A stretch of 64,000 nt of DNA from Myxococcales bacterium. GTDB lineage: Bacteria > Myxococcota > Myxococcia > Myxococcales > UBA5297. Numbering within the stretch: position 1 is the first letter of the stretch; the number at the start of each line of letters is the position of its first letter. Below the pieces are notes generated by a model that made no database searches, was not told the DNA's origin, and was given only the letters and a program-made list of their open reading frames with translations. The stretch covers positions 211,930-275,929 of the forward strand of contig JAVBMV010000003.1 of NCBI GenBank assembly GCA_031552145.1. Reading direction: 5' to 3'. Positions 47,335 through 55,733 of the stretch are shown one piece after another. The translations under genes were made by a program, and so were the position numbers.

Positions 47335-49367
47335 CCGCCGCGCTCGGACAGGCGCTGGTCGCGGCGGCGCTCCTCTTCGCCCTCCTCGGCGCGCTCTTCG
47401 CGCTCGCTGGCGGCATGGTGCGCCCCGAGCATGCGCTGGGCGCTCGGGCGCGGCGCGCTGGGCGGCGCCTCGCGCTCCTCTTTGCGCTCGCGATGCTGGG
47501 CGCGAACCTCCTCATGGAATATGCGCTCATCGCCCCCGACTTTTCGGTCCATTACGCCGCGCAGGTCGCCTCCCGTGCCTCGCCGCTCTGGATCTCCATC
47601 GTGAGCCTCTGGTCCTCGCTGGAGGGCTCCATCCTCTTCTGGGGGCTTATTCTGGGCGCGGCCATCGCGCTGCTCGCGCGCGCGGGCGCCCACGGCGATG
47701 GAGCGCCCTCCGCCATCGCGGGCCTCTCGCCGACCCTGTCCGTGGCGCTCGGCGTCGCGCTCCTCGTCGCCGTCGCCTTCTGCCTCCTCCTCGTCGGCCC
47801 GGCCGATCCCTTCCTTCCCGTCTTCCCAGTGCCGCTCGACGGCCCCGGCCCCAACCCGCTGCTGCAGAATCACCTCCTGATGGTGATCCATCCCCCCATG
47901 CTCTACCTAGGGTACGTGGGCGCAACGGTACCCTTCGCGCTCGCCTGCGCCATGCTGCTGCGCGGTGCGTTCGACGCCGCCGCCCTCGCGCTTCTGCGCC
48001 GCGCGCTGCTTGCGGTCTGGCTCTTCCTCACGGCGGGGATCGCGCTGGGCGCGCTCTGGGCCTACGAGGTGCTGGGATGGGGCGGCTATTGGGCCTGGGA
48101 TCCCGTCGAGAATGCCTCGCTCATGCCCTGGCTCACGGCGACGGCGGCGCTCCACTCGCTCTTGGTCACCCACAAGCGCGGGCGGCTCCTCTCCTGGAGC
48201 TTCACGCTGGTGCTCGCGACTTTTCTACTCACCCTGCTGGGTACCTTCATGACGCGCTCTGGAGTGGTCAACTCGGTCCACTCCTTCAGCCAGAGCACCA
48301 TCGGCCCTTGGCTGCTGACGATCCTCGCGCTGGCCTCGCTCGGCTCGCTCGCGCTCCTGACCCTCCGCCTCTCCAAGCTGGAGCAATCGATGGCGACGGC
48401 CAGCGGCGCGAGCACCTTCGTCAGCAGGATGAGTGTGCTCCTCCTCAACAACGTCCTGCTCGTCACGCTCACCTTCGTGGTGCTGGTCGGCTCGCTCTTC
48501 CCACTGGTGGCCGAGCTGCTCGAGGGGCGGCGGTTGAGCGTCGGCGAGCCCTATTTCAACGCGCTCGCCGTCCCGCTCGCGATCGCCCTCCTCTTCCTCA
48601 TGGCGGTGGGTCCCGCGCTCCCATGGGCGGGCTCCGGGCGCGACGCCGCTCGGCGCCTCGCCCAGGGCGCGCTGCTCGGCCTCACCCTCCTCCTCGCCGC
48701 GCTTCTCCTGGGCGCTTCTTCTCCATGGCTCCTCGCCACGCTCTTCATGGCCGGACTCGCGCTCCACATCACCCTGGCGAAGGGGCTCGAACCCGCGCTC
48801 GCCAAAGGGGGCGCACCTTTCGCCAACCTGGGGGCGTTCGTGAGGCGCGCGAAGGGGCGGCGCCACCTGGGCGCCTATCTGGCACACCTCGGCCTCATCG
48901 TCGCGCTGTCCGCGATCGGCGTCAGCCACGCCGGGCGCAGCCAAGTAGAGGCCTCGCTCGCCGCTGGAGAGGAGGCGCGCCTCGGCCCCTATTTGATCCA
49001 GCTGGCCGGTTTCGCCGCCGAGGCGGAGCCGCATCGCCAGTCGCTCATCGCCCGCTTCGCGGTCTACGAGGGAGAGCACCCGCGCGAAGAGCTGGCCCCG
49101 CGCATGAATTACTACAGCGCCCTACGAGAGCCCGTCGCGACGCCGGCCATCCTCTCGCGCCCCTCGGGCGACCTCTACCTCTCGCTCATCAGCGTGGATC
49201 CAGCGACCGGCCGCGTCGGCCTGCGCGCCTATCTCAACCCCCTGGTGCCCTGGATCTGGCTTGGGGCGCTCCTGATGGCGCTGGGCGCCGGGCTCTCGCT
49301 GCTTCCCGAGAGCGTGCGCGCGACCGAGACCGCGAAGGTCCCGCAGAGCATTGGAGGTCTCACATGA
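47331..49367 (+). CDS. ccmF: Cytochrome c heme lyase subunit CcmF
   Basis: 678 aa, polytopic. WWD motif WGGYWAWDPVENASLMPWL. ATGA overlaps at both ends. Confidence 0.9.
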   Translation: MTAALGQALVAAALLFALLGALFALAGGMVRPEHALGARARRAGRRLALLFALAMLGANLLMEYALIAPDFSVHYAAQVASRASPLWISIVSLWSSLEGSILFWGLILGAAIALLARAGAHGDGAPSAIAGLSPTLSVALGVALLVAVAFCLLLVGPADPFLPVFPVPLDGPGPNPLLQNHLLMVIHPPMLYLGYVGATVPFALACAMLLRGAFDAAALALLRRALLAVWLFLTAGIALGALWAYEVLGWGGYWAWDPVENASLMPWLTATAALHSLLVTHKRGRLLSWSFTLVLATFLLTLLGTFMTRSGVVNSVHSFSQSTIGPWLLTILALASLGSLALLTLRLSKLEQSMATASGASTFVSRMSVLLLNNVLLVTLTFVVLVGSLFPLVAELLEGRRLSVGEPYFNALAVPLAIALLFLMAVGPALPWAGSGRDAARRLAQGALLGLTLLLAALLLGASSPWLLATLFMAGLALHITLAKGLEPALAKGGAPFANLGAFVRRAKGRRHLGAYLAHLGLIVALSAIGVSHAGRSQVEASLAAGEEARLGPYLIQLAGFAAEAEPHRQSLIARFAVYEGEHPREELAPRMNYYSALREPVATPAILSRPSGDLYLSLISVDPATGRVGLRAYLNPLVPWIWLGALLMALGAGLSLLPESVRATETAKVPQSIGGLT

Positions 49368-50446
49368 AGCGCCGTCCGCTCACCGTGGCCCTCGTCGGCC
49401 TCACGCTCACCCTGCCGCTGCTGCTCCTCTTCCTCTTCAGCTTCGGTAAGGATCCGCGGCGCGTCCCCGCGCCCCTCATCGGCGCGCCCCTTCCCGCCTT
49501 CGACCTCCCCGCGCTCGACGGCGGACGCATCTCCTCGACCTCGCTCTTGGGCAAGCCCGCCGTCATCAATTTCTGGGCAACTTGGTGCGAGCCCTGCCGC
49601 GCGGAGCATGGCCTCCTCCAGCAAGGCGCGCGCGCCTTCGGTGCGCGGATCCAGTTCGTTGGGATCGCTTTCGACGAGAGTCGCGAGCAGCTCGCGCGCT
49701 TCATCGAGCAGCTGGGCAGCGTCTATCCCATGCTCATCGATGAGGGAGGGCGCGCCGCCATCTCCTTCGGCTTGACAGGCGTCCCCGAGACCTGGTTCGT
49801 CGACGCGGCAGGGGTCGTTCGCCAGAAAGTCGCCGGCGCGCTGACGCCCGAGGTGCTCGTCACCCAGCTCGGCGCACTCCTCGCCGATACACGTCCCTCC
49901 GACATCGCCGAACAGGTGGAGTCGCGGAGCGAACAGAGCACGCCCGATCTCTGCACCGACGACGCCTCGTCACTTGCGCCCACGGGCGCGGAGTCGTCCG
50001 CCGAGCTTCGTCCGCAACCTCTGGCAAAACTCTCGGCGGAGCCTTCGGGAGAGCACGCTACGTTGCCGGAGCCCGAACTCGAGCGGCGCACGCAGGCGCT
50101 GGCCGAGCAGCTGCTCTGCCCCGTCTGCCAGGGCAGCTCCATCGCCGACTCGCCGACGACGATGGCGCGCAACATGAAAGCCGAGGTGCGCAACCTGCTC
50201 TCGCGCGGCCTCGACGAAGAGCAGATCCTCCAGCACTTCGAGCGCTCCTACGGTGAGATGATCCGCATGAAGCCGCGCGCCGCCGGGCTCAACCTGCTCC
50301 TCTTCGCGCTGCCCGGCTTTGCCCTGCTGACAGGGCTCACGCTGGCGCTGCGCACCCTGCGCGCAGCTTCGCGAGGTAAGGGAGATTCCGATAGCGCTCC
50401 GCCGAGTCGAGACCGTAACCCACGACGAACCCCTCCGGCAGCTTGA
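49364..50446 (+). CDS. ccmG: CcmG (DsbE thioredoxin) - CcmH fusion protein
   Basis: Start at MKRRPLTVALVGL. Thioredoxin WATWCEPCRAEH. A low-complexity linker of roughly 75 residues, then the CcmH-type LLCPVCQGSSIADS and a C-terminal TM (LNLLLFALPGFALLTGLTLAL). It is one continuous frame. Confidence 0.85.
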   Translation: MKRRPLTVALVGLTLTLPLLLLFLFSFGKDPRRVPAPLIGAPLPAFDLPALDGGRISSTSLLGKPAVINFWATWCEPCRAEHGLLQQGARAFGARIQFVGIAFDESREQLARFIEQLGSVYPMLIDEGGRAAISFGLTGVPETWFVDAAGVVRQKVAGALTPEVLVTQLGALLADTRPSDIAEQVESRSEQSTPDLCTDDASSLAPTGAESSAELRPQPLAKLSAEPSGEHATLPEPELERRTQALAEQLLCPVCQGSSIADSPTTMARNMKAEVRNLLSRGLDEEQILQHFERSYGEMIRMKPRAAGLNLLLFALPGFALLTGLTLALRTLRAASRGKGDSDSAPPSRDRNPRRTPPAA

Positions 50447-50882
50447 AGCCCCGGTAGTCCACATCGACCTTGCGGCGCGCGGCGCCCTGCTTCTCCAGCA
50501 ATGCGCAGATGCGCACCGAGGCGGGGCGGCGCGTCGCGAGGTGTTCGATGAGGAAAGCGAGTGTGAGCCCCGTGTCGACGATGTCCTCCACCAAGAGTAC
50601 GTCGCGCCCCTCTATCGGATGCGACAGATCGCTGGTGATGCGGACGATCCCGCTGGAGACCTGGGCCTCTCCGTAGCTGGAGAGACCCAGGAAGTCGATC
50701 GTCATCGGCAGATCGATCGCCCGGACGAGATCGGCGCAGAAGACGAAGGAACCCTTGAGCACACAGATGACAGCGAGCGAGCGCCCGGCATAGTCGCGCG
50801 CGATCTCCGCCCCGAGCTCTGCGATCCGCTCACGAAGCTCACGCTCGCAGAGCACCACTTCGAGTTCGCTCGCCGCGGTCAT
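50337..50882 (-). CDS. hpt: Hypoxanthine phosphoribosyltransferase
   Basis: 181 aa with VLLVEDIVDTGLTL (PRPP loop) and FVVGYGLDSAERYRNLPY. Its start is 5 nt after the stop of the crp-like gene. Confidence 0.9.
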   Translation of the reverse strand: MTAASELEVVLCERELRERIAELGAEIARDYAGRSLAVICVLKGSFVFCADLVRAIDLPMTIDFLGLSSYGEAQVSSGIVRITSDLSHPIEGRDVLLVEDIVDTGLTLAFLIEHLATRRPASVRICALLEKQGAARRKVDVDYRGFKLPEGFVVGYGLDSAERYRNLPYLAKLRAGCAAPA

Positions 50883-50887
50883 CTAGG

Positions 50888-51616
50888 TCACTTCTCCTGA
50901 GCAGCCAGCTTCCTCAACGCCTTCAGGTCGCGGATGCAGAGCGTGCGGCCCACGTTGCCCAGGCATCCATCCCGCTTCATTTCATTGATGAGCGTCGAGA
51001 CAAAAGAGCGCGACGCGCCGACCATATCCGCCAGATCCTGCTGCGTCACACCGCGCAGGTCGATCTCGCCGCCGTGCGGACAGCGCTCGCCCAGCTTCTC
51101 TCCCAGCGCGAGGATCGTCTGCGCCAGGCGCGCCGGCACTTCCTTGAAAGTGAGCCCCACGAGCTGCGCCTTCATGGCGTTGATCCGCTCGCGCTGCGCT
51201 CGCACCACGTCGAGCGCCAACGAGGGGCGGCTCAGCATCAGCTGCTTGAAGTCGGCCCCGTTCATCGACCAGATCTCGCAGGCCTCGCCCGCGATGGCCA
51301 GCTCGTCGGACATGGGCGCATGGTGGGCGATGGAGCCGAAGATATCGCCTGCCGTCAGCATCGCCGTAACGGAGCGCACGTCGGCGCCCGAGAGGCGCAT
51401 GATCCGCACCCGTCCGCGCTTGAGCAGGTAGACCTTGTTGGACTCGTCGCCCGGACGAAAGATCACCTCGCTGGGGGCGTAGTTTTCGACCTTGAAATAG
51501 CCTCGGAAGTCGACGACGTCGGCCCCGATCGTGACCGCCGTTGCCTGCCTTGCCCCAGCAGATTGAACCACTCCCATGCTTCTGGCGGTACCGCCGCGAA
51601 CAGTTGGGAACGCCAT
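50888..51616 (-). CDS. Crp/Fnr-family transcriptional regulator
   Basis: cNMP-binding fold (FRPGDESNKVYLLKRGRVRI) and C-terminal HTH (TQQDLADMVGASRSFVSTLINEMKRDG). Start at MAFPTV, preferred because AAGGAG lies 7 nt upstream; the maximal ORF runs to 51646. Confidence 0.85.
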   Translation of the reverse strand: MAFPTVRGGTARSMGVVQSAGARQATAVTIGADVVDFRGYFKVENYAPSEVIFRPGDESNKVYLLKRGRVRIMRLSGADVRSVTAMLTAGDIFGSIAHHAPMSDELAIAGEACEIWSMNGADFKQLMLSRPSLALDVVRAQRERINAMKAQLVGLTFKEVPARLAQTILALGEKLGERCPHGGEIDLRGVTQQDLADMVGASRSFVSTLINEMKRDGCLGNVGRTLCIRDLKALRKLAAQEK

Positions 51617-51836
51617 CTCGTGTCTCCTTGGATTGAACCGCGTCAAACGCGGACGAGAGGGCTTCTTTTCAACAATGATGCCAAGTGAAATCTACGGGCC
51701 TCGCAGAGGCGAACATCAACGATTACGGCAGTTTACGATGGTTGTTCAAAAAATTGACCCCCGGAAACTATAACAGAACATTCAAACAATCTGTTGGATT
51801 GAACACTTTTTTTCACTCCCGAGAGAGCCTATGCCC

Positions 51837-52520
51837 TCATTTGGCAGTCGGCTCCACTTCGGCGGAAGGTAGGCGAATGTAGGTGCGCGCCCCATCTTCG
51901 CCCACCTCCACCTCTCCTCCCAACTGGGCGATATAGAAGCTCGCCGCCTCGACGAGCAGGGCGGGCCCCCGAGAGGGCATGAGCGCCGGGCCAGGCGCCA
52001 ATAATAGCTCGACCCCTTGCCCTCTCCCCGTGGTCGAAAGCCTGAGCTGGCACCCGCCGTGGTAGTGGGAGGCCTCCAGCAGGAGATAGCCGATCGACTC
52101 CGCGAGCCGCTCGGGGTTGCAGAGCACGCGGGGCAGCCGCTCCATCGGCTCGACCACCACCTCGGCGCCCCGCTCCGCCAGCTCTGAACGCACCCTCCGC
52201 AGAGCGCGCTCGATCACCTCGCCTAGGTCGCTCCGCTCGCGCGCCAAGTCGATACGCCCACACAAGGTAGCGAAGGCATTGAGCATCCGCTCCAGGGAGC
52301 CGATCTCCTTCTCGGCGATGGACACCCGCTTCTTGGCCCGGTCATTCGTCACCTCGCGGGCCAGCGTCTCGACGATCATCTTCAGCGATGAGAGCGGGTT
52401 GCGCAGATCGTGAATCACCTGCCGCCCAATCCGGATCGCGCTGGCAGCGCTGGCGAGTGGACTCTCGAGCTGGGCGGGCGCGTGGGGGCTGTTGAGGTTC
52501 TTGGGCGATAGTATGGCCAT
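51837..52520 (-). CDS. Soluble histidine kinase (HisKA + HATPase_c-like, no sensor/TM domain)
   Basis: 227 aa. H-box VIHDLRNPLSSL, with the C-terminal ATPase-like half somewhat degenerate. Confidence 0.75.
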   Translation of the reverse strand: MAILSPKNLNSPHAPAQLESPLASAASAIRIGRQVIHDLRNPLSSLKMIVETLAREVTNDRAKKRVSIAEKEIGSLERMLNAFATLCGRIDLARERSDLGEVIERALRRVRSELAERGAEVVVEPMERLPRVLCNPERLAESIGYLLLEASHYHGGCQLRLSTTGRGQGVELLLAPGPALMPSRGPALLVEAASFYIAQLGGEVEVGEDGARTYIRLPSAEVEPTAK

Positions 52521-52639
52521 GGCTCTGTTCCATCCAGGCGCAGCGAACTGACGCCTGCGTTCATCGGAGCGACACCCCCAATCCGCGGCAGATGGCGTAC
52601 CGGATCATCGCTCCCTCGTAGACCGCAAGAAGAGCGCAC

Positions 52640-52655
52640 TGGTCCCCGCCTTGCA
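52640..52655 (+). promoter_or_regulatory. Candidate sigma54 (-24/-12) promoter upstream of flp
   Basis: TGGTCCCCGCCTTGCA has GG and GC at the canonical 12-nt register of TGGCACG-N4-TTGCW. It lies about 75 nt upstream of the flp ATG. Confidence 0.3.
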
Positions 52656-52728
52656 ATAGGGAATCCCACCAGCGCCCCTCGCGGGACGCCAAAACGCCCA
52701 TCGCTGGGCCATCTCCAGGGACTCCACC

Positions 52729-52974
52729 ATGAAGAAGCGAATCGCGCGGCTGTTCAGAGACGAAGCAGGCCAGGGCTTGACCGAGTACATCATCATCGTG
52801 GCGCTCATCGCCATCGCCGCCGTCGGCGTCGTCTCCATCTTTAGCACCAACGTTCGCTCGGTCTTCGCCGCGGCGGCCAACGTCCTGGCGGGGGACGAGA
52901 ACGTGCGCAACGAGGCGGAGGGCGGGAAGAGCGCGGCGAAGAAGACCCTCTCCAACTTCGGCGAGCTCAAATAG
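52729..52974 (+). CDS. flp: Flp/Fap-family type IVb pilin
   Basis: 81 aa. DEAGQG/LTEYIIIVALIAIAAVGVV is the Flp prepilin motif (G, then x-x-E-Y, then a hydrophobic helix). Confidence 0.75.
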   Translation: MKKRIARLFRDEAGQGLTEYIIIVALIAIAAVGVVSIFSTNVRSVFAAAANVLAGDENVRNEAEGGKSAAKKTLSNFGELK

Positions 52975-53122
52975 GCGGCGCTCCAGCGCGCCGAGGAACC
53001 CTGCTCGAGGCCGACCCGGGCGCGATCCATGGCGGCGTTTTCGCCCTGGGTCGCCCTTGGCCCTCCCGGCGGTTTGCCGCCGCGAGGGAAGTCGTGCTAC
53101 TTCACTTGAGCACGAGCCAACC

Positions 53123-53485
53123 ATGCCTCTTCTCTATCTTGTCGATGACGACCCTCTGATCCTTCGCTCGATCGAACGGATCCTTCGACGCGAGAACAGA
53201 ACGATCGCCTCCTTCAGTACCTCGGAGGAGCTCTTCGCGCCCGAGACGCAGGTGCCCAAACTGATCATCTGCGATTACCACCTCCCGCGCGCCGACGGGC
53301 TCGATATCCTCTACCGAGCGCGCGAGCGCTGGCCCGAGGCGACCACCATCCTGCTCTCAGGAGGGTGCGAGGATGAGCGCATTCTCGAAGCGATGCAGCA
53401 AGGCGTCGTCAATGTCTTCATGGCGAAGCCCTGGCACAACGACGAGTTGAAGGCGCTGGTCGCCAAACACCTCTGCGATCAATAG
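53123..53485 (+). CDS. Stand-alone response regulator receiver protein
   Basis: Start at MPLLYLVDDDPLILRS. Phospho-acceptor context LIICDYHLPRADG, plus TILLSG and FMAKPW. Confidence 0.85.
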   Translation: MPLLYLVDDDPLILRSIERILRRENRTIASFSTSEELFAPETQVPKLIICDYHLPRADGLDILYRARERWPEATTILLSGGCEDERILEAMQQGVVNVFMAKPWHNDELKALVAKHLCDQ

Positions 53486-53523
53486 GTGCCCCAGCTTCAT
53501 CGCGCTTGGGCGCACGCCCTTCA

Positions 53524-55584
53524 TTAGCCTCCGCCGCTCGCCTTGGCGGCTTCGTTTGCCTTTAGTCTAGCCCGCAGATCCGCGAAGAAGCTCTTGCCCA
53601 CCTGCACCACCGCGGTACCGTCGTAGAGCGACCGCACGCCCTCCGGGATCTCCTCGAGGAAGCGGGAGGGTGTCCTGGGGATGCGCTTGCCGCGCTGAAC
53701 GCGCTCGGCCGCGCGCGAGAGGAAGAGCCGCTCCCTCGCTCGGGTGATCCCGACGTAGGCCAGCCTGCGTTCCTCGGCCAGGTTCTGCGCCTCTCCCTGC
53801 ATCCCGCCGTGGGGCATCAACCCCTCCTCCAGCCCGCAGAGAAAGACTACCGGCCACTCCAGTCCCTTCGCGGCGTGAAGAGTCATCAGCGTGACGCTGC
53901 TGGCCTCCTCGCCCGAGTCCTCGTCGCGGGTGTCGAGCGCGAAGCGCTGCAACAGCGTCGAGAGCTTGGCGCGCGCCGGGTTTCGCGAAGCGAAGGAGGC
54001 GATCGAATCCAGAAAGGCATCGAGAGCCGCGGCCTTCCGGGCGCCCGCCGCCGCGCTCTTGACCGAGAGGCGCGCCGCCTCGCGCAGGCCCGTGCTCTCC
54101 ACCAGATCGCGAATGACCTCGTCGACCGGCCGCCTCTCGAGGAGCGCCCTGAACTTGTCGAGCAGCGCGACGAAGTCGCCGATGCGCGCTGCGGCCCCGT
54201 GCGCGAGCGTCTCGATCTCTCCCGCGCGCCGGAGCGCCGCCTCGGTCGAGAGGCTCCTCTCCTTCGCCCATTCGCCCACCCGCTCGAGCGTCGTGTCGCC
54301 GATGCCGCGGGCCGGCACATTGATGATCCGGCGCAGCGAGACCTCGTCGCGCGGGTTGTGGAGCGCCTTGAGGTAGGCCACCAGGTCTTTGATCTCGCTC
54401 TTGTCGAAGAACTCTTGCCCCCCGATCATCTGGTAATCGACCCTGGCCTCCCGCAGCGCCTCCTCGAGCGGCCTGGCTTGGAGATTGGTGCGGTAGAGCA
54501 CGGCGATGTCGCTCCCTCGCCACCCGCTGGAGAGCAGCTCGCCGATCTCGCGCGCGATGGCGCGTGCTTCCTCTTCCTCGTCGCCCAGCACCATGACGCG
54601 CAGCTTTTCGCCCTCCCCCTGCGCGGTCCAAAGGCGCTTTGGTTTGCGCTCCAAGTTTCCGGCGATGACGGCGTTGGCGGCCTGCAAAATCGCGCCCGTC
54701 GAGCGGTAATTCTGCTCGAGCCGCACCTCCTTCGCGCCCGGAAAGTGGCGGTCGAACGAGAGGATGTTCTGCACCTCGGCGCCGCGCCACGAGTAGATCG
54801 ACTGGTCGTCGTCGCCCACCGCGCAGACGTTCCGCCGATCGCCAGCGAGCCCGATCAGGAGCTGCAGCTGCGATCGGTTGGTGTCCTGGTATTCGTCGAC
54901 CAACAGATAGCGGTAACGCGCCCGCAGTTTCTCCCGAACCTCCGCATGCTCGGCGATGAGCCGCAGCGGTAGCAGGATGAGATCGTCGAAGTCGACACAT
55001 CCTTGCACCCGGAGGGAGCGCTCGTAGGCCGGCAGCAGCGCGTCGAGCGCTGCTTCGTACTTGTCCACCTCCGCGTCGCAGAGCGCCTCGCTCTCATCGC
55101 CGGGGGAGGCCGCGGCGCGCACCTTGCGCTCCGGATCGCCACACCGCTTGCGGCTGAGCATCATGAGCAGCCTGCGCAGATCGACGCTCTCGTCGTCGAA
55201 GGTCATCTCCCGCATCGCCCGCTTCACGATCGCCACCTGATCGCCAGCGTCGGCGATGGCGAAGCGGCGCGGGTAGCCCAGGTGCTCGATGTGGGAGCGG
55301 AGCAGCTCGCATCCGAAGGCATGGAAGGTGCTGACCGTCAGACCCTTAGCCGCGCGCGGCCCCACCAGCGCGCCTACGCGGGCCCGCATCTCCGTCGCTG
55401 CCTTGTTGGTGAAGGTGACCGCGAGCACGCTGGAGGGGGCGATCCCCTGCTCCAGCATGTGGGCGATGCGATGGACGATGACGCGCGTCTTGCCGCTGCC
55501 GGCGCCCGCCAGCACGAGGAGCGGTCCCTCCACGGTCTGCACCGCCTCGCGCTGCGGAGGGTTTAGTGTCGAGAGATCGAGCAT
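53524..55584 (-). CDS. uvrD: UvrD/PcrA/Rep-family ATP-dependent DNA helicase
   Basis: 686 aa. Motif I AGAGSGKTRVIVHRIAHML, FTNKAATEMR, motif II LLVDEYQDTN and VTLMTLHAAKGLEWPVVF. Confidence 0.9.
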   Translation of the reverse strand: MLDLSTLNPPQREAVQTVEGPLLVLAGAGSGKTRVIVHRIAHMLEQGIAPSSVLAVTFTNKAATEMRARVGALVGPRAAKGLTVSTFHAFGCELLRSHIEHLGYPRRFAIADAGDQVAIVKRAMREMTFDDESVDLRRLLMMLSRKRCGDPERKVRAAASPGDESEALCDAEVDKYEAALDALLPAYERSLRVQGCVDFDDLILLPLRLIAEHAEVREKLRARYRYLLVDEYQDTNRSQLQLLIGLAGDRRNVCAVGDDDQSIYSWRGAEVQNILSFDRHFPGAKEVRLEQNYRSTGAILQAANAVIAGNLERKPKRLWTAQGEGEKLRVMVLGDEEEEARAIAREIGELLSSGWRGSDIAVLYRTNLQARPLEEALREARVDYQMIGGQEFFDKSEIKDLVAYLKALHNPRDEVSLRRIINVPARGIGDTTLERVGEWAKERSLSTEAALRRAGEIETLAHGAAARIGDFVALLDKFRALLERRPVDEVIRDLVESTGLREAARLSVKSAAAGARKAAALDAFLDSIASFASRNPARAKLSTLLQRFALDTRDEDSGEEASSVTLMTLHAAKGLEWPVVFLCGLEEGLMPHGGMQGEAQNLAEERRLAYVGITRARERLFLSRAAERVQRGKRIPRTPSRFLEEIPEGVRSLYDGTAVVQVGKSFFADLRARLKANEAAKASGGG

Positions 55585-55733
55585 GGGGCGCGCCCTTTAC
55601 CAGAAGCGGACCATCTCTGCGTACGTTCCCCCGTGGGACAATCGACGGCCCAGAGCGCCCCGGCGCTTGCCTCGCCAGGCAGCCGATCGATAATCTCTCG
55701 AGACGCTCATAGAGCCCCTGCCTCGAGGCGCCC

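Noticed and set aside
48077-49363. Long in-frame extension upstream of ccmG-H, lying inside ccmF
   Set aside because: It is an alternative frame of ccmF with a Pro/Arg/Ala-rich translation. The ATG at 49364 forms the same ATGA junction seen throughout the operon and precedes a proper TM anchor.
50337-50446. 110-nt convergent overlap between the ccmG-H tail and the hpt 3' end
   Set aside because: It is most simply explained by late stop codons in high-GC DNA, with a disordered CcmH tail and a short Hpt C-terminal extension. There is no evidence for functional antisense regulation.
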